From contig CM119264.1 of the NCBI GenBank assembly GCA_051294375.1, positions 25,916,450-25,980,449 on the forward strand: a DNA stretch of 64,000 nt, in the 5' to 3' direction. How positions within the stretch are numbered: position 1 is the stretch's first letter; the number at the start of each line of letters is the position of its first letter. The position numbers and the translations under genes are program-made. Below the pieces are notes generated by a model. It saw only the letters and a list, made by a program, of their open reading frames with translations. It did no database searches and was not told the origin of the DNA. Shown here piece by piece: positions 1 to 10,812 of the stretch. The stretch comes from Paraspadella gotoi. Taxonomy: Eukaryota > Animalia > Chaetognatha.

Positions 1-356
1 AAAAGACTTATATCTCTCTTTTCCATTTCCTGGGAAGCAAATACTTTTCAGGGTGCAATATTACGAGATATTAAAACTTAAAACCGGTTTTAGTACATTA
101 ATAAAAAAATTCCAGCATCCGGACTTTCAACTCTAGTCCATTTTAATATTTATCCATATCAATTCTAAATAAACATATTTTCTCCATCCCCATTTTCAGC
201 TAAACTTTCAATTTTCTCAAATTTTAACTCAAAAACTCAAATCTACTCAAAAAAACCTAAATCTTCAAAAAAATTTAAAAAAAAAAAAACGCAAAGAAGT
301 TGTGGTCTTCAATCGTTTCATTCCGTTGGTCCCTAAAAGAGTTGGAAACCGGATTC

Positions 357-407
<51 letters not shown>

Positions 408-1049
408 CTGTTTTTTCTCTCCCCTTTGCTTTCGTCAGTCATTTGCAAGATTTTTAACTGATTTTCTCGGGATTATTTTCTGTTTTTTTTCTGTTTCTCC
501 TGTTTTTTCTGGGTTTTCTTTGCGCAATAGAATTACCAACTGCCTCCATTTCGCCTTGCAATGTCAAATCGGACGAAATGCATTCTTTTTTTACAGCCTT
601 TGAAAGATTTGGTAAAAATTAGAGCAATAAATCAACAGGTTGTCTTTCAGTAAATTTGACAAACGGATTCTTTGACACATCAAGAATCGAAACTGGCTTC
701 GGCTCTGGTTGAACCTTTGACTGAACCCGTTCATCTTTTGAGTTCCTCGACTTAGCGACTGTTGTCATCATTGCACGAACGTTATTCCTCTGCCAATGGA
801 AACTCTTGGTCGTTTTCGCTTCGCAAAAAAAAAATATATATATAATCGCCAAAACACAATTGACTTATTTCGCGGATTTTTTTAATAGTTTTCCGGTGGA
901 TGCTGATTCATCAATAGAATGTAATTTATTTGTTCTTGCATACTTTAATAACAAAGAAAGGACAATATGTTTTATATTATTCTCATCTCATGTCCAACCG
1001 GAATTCCTGAGTTCCCATGCGACGGTTTAAATGTCGCATTATGTATCCG

Positions 1050-1083
<34 letters not shown>

Positions 1084-1452
1084 GTTTATTATCCGAACCG
1101 AATAAAATGAGATTTAAAAGAGCTGGAAAAATCTCAAAATAAACACCAAAAAGGAGGATTAATGTAGTAAATCGAAGGTTTCTAACATTTTTCCCTCTCC
1201 TTTATTTTTTTAAATTTTTCTCCTATTTTTTGAAGTATTTCATTTCCTTTATTCTTTTTTTTTCCTTTTTTTTTCCTTATTTACAAAATTTTTGTTGTCC
1301 TTTTTTGTATTTTTCATTTTTATATCTACTTTTTTCCTTTCTTTCCCTGGTAGCCCCGATGGAATTCTTTGCGATCAAGTTTCGTGCTTTGGGCGGATGA
1401 AGAACTTCTCTTATATAATTCTCATCTCTCTTCGTCATCTGTTATTCGCTCA

Positions 1453-1498
<46 letters not shown>

Positions 1499-2364
1499 GT
1501 CAATTTTTATTACTCTAATTTCCTCGTTCATTTCCATCCTGTCATTTTTTTCCTTATTCTTAAATTTTGAATCTGGAATTTTCTTTGAGTTTAAATGTTT
1601 TCGTTTTTTTTTTTTGTTTTTTTTTTTTCTTCGATCGTACCGTAATTTTTCATGAAATTTAAAAAAAGAAAAGACAAAAAAGTTCTCGCGATTAAACTCC
1701 GATATCTGTCCCAAAACCCAATCTGGTTTCCTTTGACAATTTCGTTCCCTCGCCCTTAAAATCCCGATCAACTTTCTTTTTTTTTTCCTTTTCTTTATTT
1801 TTGGATCGACAAACAAAATTGGAAAATCGGTAATGTAATTAAAAATCCTTCGTCGTAGAATCAGGATTGAGGACCGCCCGAACTTTTCAACTTTTCCCGT
1901 CGCCAATTCACTTCTTCATTTTTTTTTATCCGGGAGAAGAAGTTCGACCGAAAGAGAACGATAGAGCACGAGACGCCCCTGAAGTCAGAACAAAAAAAAA
2001 ACAGAGATAGAGTGAGCGAGAGAGAAAAAGCGTTTTCGGCATCCGTAAGCGGATTAATATTACGAGGGCAACCGACCAAGGAAATCTTCCAAAAGAAAAA
2101 GAAAAAAATCATGACACTGACTTTTTTTTCTTCGGAAATTCGACTGTCGATTTGACTCCGACCAAAAAAAAAAGGCCACGTGTTCCCTTCCCATCGCCGC
2201 GAGACTCGAGAAACTCAAAACATTTTTTTCCAAAACGTTTTTATCTAAAAAGAAACGCAAGGCAAAACTGTTTCGCCAGGGAAAAACCGAGGGGAGAAAT
2301 TAAAAGCTTTGGCGCCGGAGAAAGAAAGAGAAAAAAGTGAATCTTGGAAAAAATAATCGTGAAA

Positions 2365-5300
2365 ATGGCGTCGAGCATGACGGATAAAATCTCTTCTCAG
2401 GTTCGCGGGAAAATCGGAAATTTAAAAACTTACATTTTACAATATTGTAAAAAAAAACGCCTGTATAACATATAAACAGACATTAGTAAAAGCGCTTTTA
2501 GATTTAGCCAACTTTTTCACCAATTTTTTCAAACTAATTTTACTGTTCTCGTATTGTATAATTGTTGAATGTCTTACAGCGAGATCCTTTAAAAAAACAT
2601 TTTGACATTTACATGACAATATGACATTTATTTCTTGGGTCAGGTTTCTTTTCGCACTTCTACTAGGTTAGCGGTGGCTGATTTTTCGAAAGGGTCAGCT
2701 GTACCGTTCCTCTTTTTCGCTCAGGTCAAGTCTGCTTTGAGTCTGGGGTCTGGACGAAGTGGACCCAAAAAGGTCAGCGTTAATTGGAAGGAAATCTTCG
2801 AAGACGCCGACGACGACAAGTAAGAATTTATTCGTTCGCCTGGAATAAAGATTAATCTAGTAGTATTGAAAGTAATTGATTGATTGACTAATTTATTTAT
2901 TTATTTATTCGTTTGTATATTTGTTTGTTTTGTTAATTTATTTGTCTATTTGTGTATTTCTTTGTGTATTTGTGTATTTATTTGTTTGTGTATTGGGCAA
3001 ACAAATTTATAATTGCGAGAATGGTTACCAAAAACTTTTATATGTTAGCAATAAAAGTGAACCAAAAAGAAGAAATTTATTTATTTATTTATTTGATAAT
3101 ATTTTTTTCTTTATAGAATTTAAAAAAATATTTTAACAAAAAGTTTGAAGATTCGATTTAAGCTCTAAAAATATTTTTTTACATTCACCGAAGACCAAGC
3201 GTCATAATTCACAGTTTGTCTCGTCTTAAACTGACATTTATAACGATGAAGAATCGATGCTCTCTTCTCGGTCCAAACCTGATTTCGAATTTAAATTTAG
3301 ATTATTTTTTTTCCTTTTTCGAATTCGAGGCGGCCGAGTCACGTCACGTTCGGCTGTTCAATTTGACAGATTTATTTCTTTACTGGGTGACAGATTTATT
3401 TCTTCATATAACAGATCGAGTATGATTGAAGGCTTAATGTAATTTTTTAAAAATAAAACAAAAGCGTCAAATTATCATTTTTATCATAGGAAGAATGTAA
3501 TAGTTACGTTCTTGAGATATCAAAACACCCATGTATCGTATATTTTTATTAATTGGTTATAATGTTTGTTGTTTTTCTTGTAGCGAATTGCCCGAAGATT
3601 TCGTCCCGCCCCGATCATTTTTCAACAAACGAAAGTCGGTGGCGGCGGAGCGAGTCGATCCCGACGACGAGGACGACGACGACGTCTCCGTCTCCCACCC
3701 AAAGACAGAAGAACAACGAGCCAAATTGGAGGAGACAGTCAAGAAGGTGTGTGAAAAGACAGAAGAACAGCTAGCCGAGTTGTAGAAGACACCCAAGACA
3801 GTTTTCAACGGGTGAGTGTAAGGACAGAAAAACGGCCAGCTATATTGCAGGAGACTGTCCAGAAAATAAGTGAAACTGGCTTGCCAAACTGGAAGAGACG
3901 GCTGGACAGCTGGACAGCTTGCCACAATCTAGTGTATAGGTGACAAGTATAGAAAGAACAGCTATCCAAAGTTGTAGTATACAGACAAATGTCAGTATTG
4001 AATCTTTCTTATCAAAAATTATAACATTATCCATTTTGTTTTGTTTTGAAAATTTTCACAACCCGCTTCCTCCTCCTCCTCCTCCTGCTTTCCACCCCTT
4101 GTCTTCCACCCCCTGATCCTGCAGGTCTTCATGTTTCGCAACCTCGTCCCGTCCGAGACGAAGGAGATTCTGGAGGCGATGTTCCTCAAACGCGTCGTCG
4201 ACGGCGAAGTCGTCATCCTCCAAGGTAGACTTCGAATGTACTAGGAAGTAAAACGAACACTTGTTCAAGTTTTTTTTTTTTTTTGTCACGTGATACTAAG
4301 ATTTCCATCGCGTCCGACGGACATATTTATAATCTACGTATAATGAAAACCAGATCTGATAGTGATGTGAAGGTGATGATTGTGATTAAAACCAACGACA
4401 AGAGAAGTCGCCGAGTTAAATTGATAACTGTATTTATTTCCGTTTGAATTTTTTTACAGTTTTGTTGTTTAGGTCGTTAACTTCTCCATTTGTGTTACTT
4501 TTAGTGACAAGTCACTTGATTCATTGAAAAACTATGTATTCTTTCATTTGTCAACGAATGTTTATATTAATACTAATTGCCCGAACTCAGGCGACGACGG
4601 AGACAACTTCTACGTCGCGGACGAAGGAGAATTTGACATTTTCATCAAAGACAACGACGACGACGAAGGGCACGGAGTACACAAGGGGACTGTCGTTGGT
4701 GAGGAAAATCTTTTAATCTTACATTATACACATTAAATAATATTTGATATTATAAATCTCTCATCGTCCATCTCAGCCGGGGGCTTCTTCGGCGAATTGG
4801 CGCTCATGTACAATCAGCCACGCGCGGCGTCGATCGTCGCCCGCGGCGCCGGCGCCGTCTGGGGTCTCGATCGGAAGACCTTCCGACGCATCGTGGTCAA
4901 GAACGCGCAGTCGCGGCGTCGACTCTTCGAGGAGATCATCCAGTCGGTTCCGATGCTCGCCGTTCTCAGTGAGAAACTAGGATTGGTTGGGGGAAAGATG
5001 ATTGGAGAGTAAGCTTTGTATTGAGTGCTTGCTTGTATTGCGTGCTTGCTTGCGAGCTAGGATTGGTGGGGGAAGGATGATTGGCGAGTAAGCTTTGCAT
5101 TGCGTGCTTGCTAGGGGGCAATCTTTATTTTAAATTGCATAGGATATCTCTTTCTTTGCTTTATGATCTTTTATACAGTTTAGATTTACGTATCTCCTTC
5201 TAGTATCTTTGTTTAAAAAGTCTCTTTGACGTTTATCTTTTCTTCCGTTCTCCCTTTCTACCATCTTTCACTCGTTATTAAGTCCAAATATTACGAAATA

Positions 5301-6711
5301 TTTTACCGTTTTCCTTTCGTTTCGCCACCAACTCATCTCGACCACCCTCTTCCCTTTTCCTACCCACCCTTTCCCGACCCCAACCCAATTTTTTCCACTT
5401 TCCCGATCCCACCCTCGGCGCCCTCCAGAGGAGAGCGAGCGGATGAGCGTCTGCGACGCCCTTCAGCCCCGCAGCTTCGCGGAGGGCGACCCCCGTGATC
5501 GTGCGGCAGGGCGACGAGGGGACTCTATGTTCTTCGTCGAGGACGGACTCGTCAGGGTCGTCGCGGAGAAGGACGTGAGTTTGGGGGGGGTTGGGGGGGT
5601 TGGAGGTAAGAGATGATATAGGGGAGGGGAACAGAAAATGGGTGGGGGGTGAAAGGATTAGAATGGAAGAGGTGGGAGATCCGAGTCGCGTGGGTAAATG
5701 GGGGGGGGAAAGTGTTGGAAAATGGGAGATGGATGGAGAATCGATGTTGAGAATGGGAGATGGATGGAGAATCGATGTGGAGAATGGGAGATGGATGGAG
5801 AATCGATTGGAGAATGGGAGATGGATGGAGAATCGATGTTTGCCAGTATTATGGCGGCCCCTGAAGGCGGAAGTTGGGGAGGAGAAGAGAGGAGAGCGAA
5901 TTAGGGGTTGATCCGGAGAATGGGAGAATGGGAGNNNNNNNNNNTGGGAGAATGGGAGAATGAGATAACGGGAGAAATTGGCAATGACTCTGTGAAATAA
6001 GTCATTATAAGAGGTCTAGTAAGCGATATATATTTTTATCATTAAATGAGAGTGTAAATTCTAATCCGAGGAAAAAGATAAACTGACATTTGACGTTCTA
6101 AGAATAATATATTTTATTTTTTTCTCCCTTTTGTTTCTGTTTCCTTAAATCTCTTTTCCCACTCTTTCTCATCCTCACATTTTTCTCGCCCTCCTCACCC
6201 AAAGGGCAAAGAGCGCGAGTTGACGGAATTAAAAAAAGGCGCCTACTTCGGCGAGTTGGCGCTGGTAACGCAGAAGCCGCGTGCGGCCACCGTATCGCCG
6301 CCACGCCTACCGTCGCCGTCGCCGAACTTCACGTCCACGCCTTCGAGAGGCTCTTGGGTAAAGAAGTGCATATGTTGAAACCCTGGTTTAATAATAAAAA
6401 ATTTATCTCATTATAATGAAGATACAGTGCGAACGAGAGAGAGAGATATATATATATATACCAAACTACCGAAAGAATGAATTACCTGATAAAAGGTCAG
6501 AGAACCCAAAGGGGTAGATCTTCATTTTAAGCCCTCTCTCCATTGCACCGAATCGCCCTTATATCATCTTAATTATTTAAACAATGACGTTGAAACCAGA
6601 AATATGATTTTAAGTTTGATTCGCTTTTCACTCCCAGGACCTTGCATGGAGATAATGAAGAGAAACGTCGAGTTATACAACGAACAAATGCAGGAAATTT
6701 TTAAAAATTGA
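2365..6711 (+). CDS. PRKAR2: cAMP-dependent protein kinase type II regulatory subunit (PKA-RII-like), 9 coding exons, ~355 aa
   Basis: GT-AG exons with consistent phases: 2365-2400, 2725-2819, 3584-3746, 4125-4224, 4591-4698, 4777-4968, 5429-5574, 6205-6357, 6638-6711. Motifs: inhibitor site KRKSVAAE (phosphorylatable Ser = RII type), [49 protein letters not shown]-terminal [16 protein letters not shown]. Needs one extra base near 6293. The first two exons are less certain than the rest. Confidence 0.93.
5718..5860. repeat. ~30-nt purine-rich minisatellite (GAATGGGAGATGGATGGAGAATCGATGTGGA-like) in a PKA-R intron
   Basis: About four near-identical tandem copies are directly visible; GGGAGAAT repeats continue around the gap at 5935-5944. 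Confidence 0.85.
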
Positions 6712-7031
6712 CGTTTGATGTTGTACAACATTGTTACTTCTTTTCAAATACCATGGTGTGTATTTTTTTATTAACGAGCGTCACGTCACGAACATGTTGT
6801 TACATTGTTTTTCTTGATTGACATTATCCGTGTTTCGAAGTTCCGTCGTCTTTGAAAAGAAGACTCAGTTTAGTTAATTATTGTAAAAAAAACATTGTTT
6901 ATTATTGTAATATAAAATTTTATTATGCATGTAGCGCAAAGCATGATCTTTAGAAGACCTCTGAGCAATTAGAATGATTCTTTTCTCTCTCTCTCTCTCT
7001 CTCTTCTCTCTTCTCTCTCTCTCTCTCTCTC

Positions 7032-7079
<48 letters not shown>

Positions 7080-7089
7080 TCTCTCTCTC

Positions 7090-7655
7090 TCTCTCCAAAC
7101 CGAAAATCGCTTCAAGTCAAAGCTTCTCGTCGACGCCGAATTCGCCGGAGACGATCGTAACGATTGACGTCCGATCGATCGACGCTGCTGCGAAGGAAGC
7201 GATTCCGATGGCGCTTCCGCCGAGGACGCTTCCGCCGAGTACTCTTCCGCCGAGTACTCTTCCGCAGCCGCCGCCCAAGACGCTACCGAAGAAGTTGGCG
7301 TAATCCACCAATTGTCTTCTTCGTCTTCGGCCCAAACCCAATCACCGACCGACCCATCCTCCTCATCCTCCTCCCAATCTTCTTCCTCTTCCTCGTCGTA
7401 ACGATGGTAATTTCTTTCCCGCCTCGCGACGCCGCCTCCTTCGATTTCAAAATCGGCGCCGGATGAAGCGGCGTCGCCAGAGGAACCGGCGTCATGATAA
7501 TAGGATCCTTGGTCCAAGGATTGAGCCCCGCGTCCGCTTTTCGTTTCACTTCTACACCACGAATTTCCGCTTCTCGAGTATCCTGCTTCGCTTCTTGTCG
7601 TCTGGCTCCGATTCGCCAAATTGTCATAAGAGTAATTTTTGTTGGCGTTTCCGGC
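7090..7655 (-). CDS. putative acidic/Ser-rich coding exon of unknown function (DEEEEEDWEEDEED, EEYSAEEYSAE)
   Basis: Open frame of ORF 6969-7619 extends upstream to a TTTCAG acceptor (exon start 7655). GC-rich and protein-like, but runs into a (GA)n tract at its 3' end. May belong to the gene at 7792-8344. Confidence 0.4.
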
Positions 7656-7791
7656 CTGAAAGCGAAAAAGGCATTTCCCAAGTCTTGGGCCAAGATATGG
7701 AGAACTTAATTTTTTTTTTGTCTTTATCTGTTTTTCGGATTGTCATTCTCTGTGATTATTATTTACATCGGGATCGTCTTTTTCATTTCTG

Positions 7792-8344
7792 TCATAAGAT
7801 GTGTCTATGATACTTATTATTAGAGTTGTCGCATTTCATTCTCGCCTCTGATTTCCTCTGCTGCATTGATTTCCTCTGCTGCACGGATTTTCTTTGCTGC
7901 ACAGACTTCCTCTCTTGCTCGGATTTTCGTTGCTGTGATTTCCTCTGCTGCTGCGATTTCCTTTCCTGCTGCGACTGTCTCTCCTGCTGCGACTGCCTCG
8001 ATTTTCTCGATTCCCTCTTCTGCTGCAGCTGAGACTGTGATTCCCCCAACGATTTTTTCTTCTCATTTTCAGCGCCTTCATCTTTATCCTTTTTTTTGGA
8101 TTTTTTCTCTGACAAACAGAAGAGGATAATATTTGGCAACAATTGTGCACAATTTCAGGGTATTACTATCACATAATTTTAATTCAATTTAATCACGACT
8201 AGGTTTGCGCAAGATTAAGCTTTCGAGTTTCGCAATGATAATCAGGTATCAGTGATAAATATTGTTTATAATTATAACAATAAGTAAATGGATATATCAA
8301 TCACCGGCGTCGTCGAAAGTGCCGCGCTTCCATCTATGCGCCAT
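7792..8344 (-). CDS. small basic repeat protein, 118 aa (MAHRWKRGTFDDAEKKSKKKDKD...RKSQQQRKSQQRKSEQERKSVQQRKSVQQRKSMQQRKS...), orphan
   Basis: Exon 8344-8305 (ATG...GCC G|GTGATT) joins in phase 1 to exon 8108-7792 after a pyrimidine-rich CAG acceptor. An ~18-nt coding tandem repeat keeps frame. An upstream acceptor (~8439) and donor (~8640) suggest a 5'UTR intron. Confidence 0.55.
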
Positions 8345-9263
8345 AGCGGCGCCAAAAACGACGCCGTTTTTCCAGGCGACGGAGACGGCGCCGCAGTGAT
8401 CGCATCCTCCGGAGTTGATCATCGAAGAGTCAATATATCTGAGTAATAAGAAAAAATATCGGGTCTTTAGTTAGAATAATAATAAAACGGTTAAGATTGT
8501 AAACTACTAAATAAAAGCTGATTTTGATTGGTAAAATTGAGAGAGCCGGATGAGTAGATCCTAACGAGGAGTAAATTTTCATTATATTTTTTTTATCTGA
8601 AATAATAACAATTAAAACAAACGCCTTTTGTTTTTTTTACTTCGGATCGAAAGAACCATCGCATTCCTCGGGAGATCGCGCTTCGGAAGTGAAGTTGTAA
8701 AATCCAACAAAAGGGTCGCGATGGGGGTTTTGGTTGTCGAATCCCACTGAAGCCATTTAAAAATATTAAACTTCAACGTAGTAGCATTTTACTTTAACGA
8801 GGATTTTTTTATTCTCACTGACAAATCCTAACTATCAAAACAATTGCCCTACTTGGCGTCATAGAAGGGTAACAGTTTCTCGGCGACGACGATTCGCAAC
8901 ATGCTTGCAACTGCGACCAGGCATCGTTATAAGTCGGCAGGTGCCGACCAATCTGTTGATTCGGCTGCTTCAGTACGCTTGTCTCTTGATAAGACTGCAA
9001 GAAAGCGGGCGGCCAAGCGCTCGTGCAAGCATTGAGCCCGCCGCAATGAAAAAAAGGCGTGGGGAATTTGTTGACGTTGCAAGCTAAGGGATAGAGCGAC
9101 ATGGGACTCCTTAGTCTTAGTCTTAAAACTTAAAACTAAAAATATCTTTAAAAAAAAATAATCTTAGTACTAAGGACTAGAGATTCCTTATCTTCGATAT
9201 CTTAGCTTCGAATTTAGTGCAGAAAAGAGACGAATTTTCCTTTTCCTTTCTATCGATGAAAAG

Positions 9264-10249
9264 ATGTTTCCAGGATGTCCAATGACTCCTTACTGGAGTC
9301 CGAACCCTTACTTCTCCGGTAAGGCAAAGCCAAAACAATTAAACAACGTTTTAACTTTAAACCTCAAAACCTATTTTATGTTTCTCTCTCTTGAACAAAA
9401 TTTTTATTTGGAAATGTTATTAAAATGATGGTCGACTCGCCCCGTTTTTAATGATATTGATTATTTACCTCTCTTTACAAAGAATGCCCTAGCCCTCGGG
9501 TTTGCAACGGTGGTTGCCGCAAGAGCTGCAACAAGGAGGAATGTGACGTATGCTGCGACCGCTCCTGCTGCCCCCAGCGTCGCCGCTGCCGCTGCGAGGA
9601 CTCGTGCGGCGACTACGACGCCGACGGATGCCCTCCTCGTGAGTTTGATATTCGACGAAACAAAAACAAACAAAAAAAAACAAGAGAAACAATTTGATCG
9701 ATAAAAAAAGGCTTGCCATTCCCGCGCTGCCCGGCCTGTCCGCCTGGATATTACTGTTGCCCGTTCCCGCCGCCGGATATCGGATTTCCGCCACCGCCAC
9801 CGCCGCCGCTCCCACCGCAGGTCAAGTGATTTAATCATTTAATAATGTGGTTTTATATCCTTAGTTTTTCAGTTTAATAGTTTTATATCCATACATCTCT
9901 CATGATGTAAATTTATTAATTAAGCTCAACTATTAAATTTACTTAAAATAATTAGTATACCTAACAACTAACATTTAATAACGATTAAACAAAAATCAAC
10001 TTTTCAACGACTTTCCAGGTGATGCCTATGGTCATTGGAAACGCCTCCAGAAGACCTAATCTCAATTGCACCGTGCCACCAGTCGCCCAATTCCCGCCGA
10101 TGCCGATGCCTGACTGTCCGATGGGGCCCGGAAACGGGCCGATGCCGCCGCCGGGAATGCCGCCCCTGGGAATGCCGCCGCCCGGAATGCCGCCGCCCGG
10201 AATGCCGCCTCCAGTGCTTCCTCCTTGTTCACCGATGCCGTTTTTTTAA
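9264..10249 (+). CDS. Cys-rich/Pro-rich protein, 183 aa, 4 exons, orphan
   Basis: Exons 9264-9318, 9483-9638, 9711-9820, 10019-10249 are all GT-AG with matching phases (1,1,0) and form GC-rich islands in AT-rich introns. Translation: MFPGCPMTPYWSPNPYFSECPSPRVCNGGCRKSCNKEECDVCCDRSCCPQRRRCRCEDSC...CPACPPGYYCCPFPPP...GMPPPGMPPP...PFF*. Confidence 0.8.
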
Positions 10250-10796
10250 AACTGGACGATTCCAAGGAAATGCTGTAAACGTTTACTGAAATTTAAAAAT
10301 GATAAAATGCGACGTTGAAGAGATAAGACTAAGAGCGATATAAATTATAAGTGATTGAAAAATATGAAAATTCTGAAAAATGTAACGTCTTTTGTTTTTT
10401 AAGGAGTCGGTTTTTAAGTCGCGCGACATCTTTCGAGTCAGTCGCTGAACTAAAATCATCACCGCTTTCCGAAGCGGCGAAAGATTTAGTTGGGGGGGGA
10501 AGAAGTTTTTTACAGGTCGAAAATTAAAAAAACCTCACTAACCTCCTCTGGAAATAACTTGAACTAATTAGCACAAACTAACATTATACGAACCCAAGGA
10601 AAACAATTCCATACTTAGAATACCTGGTATCAAATTCGGGGGGGGGCGTTAAGATCCAGGGAAACGTATCCGGGGGATTAGTTCCGGTACAAAAAAAAGT
10701 ACAATCGAGGGAATTTTCTTAGGGTCTTTCGGTTTCTTTTTGATATTCGCCGCTGGGTCGTGGTTCAGCGGCGGCGGAGGCGGCGGCTGAGGCCGC

Positions 10797-10812
10797 GGCG
10801 GCGTCCTTTGAT
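10797..10812 (+). promoter_or_regulatory. TCF/LEF HMG site with adjacent Helper-like site (GGCGGC-GTC-CTTTGAT)
   Basis: Exact CTTTGAT with GCCGCC on the opposite strand 3 bp away, in a GC-rich island that also has TGACGTCA (CRE) at 11076-11083. Confidence 0.5.

Noticed and set aside
619-1440. Minus-strand ORF 619-852 (...KFTERQPVDLLL) and exon-like patch 1350-1440, considered as a PKA D/D exon or separate gene
   Set aside because: Wrong strand for PKA-R, no consistent splice chain, no recognisable homology.
9570-9600. PQRRRCRC in the Cys-rich orphan resembles the Sp5 Btd box ([10 protein letters not shown])
   Set aside because: Short low-complexity match with different Cys spacing; likely coincidence.
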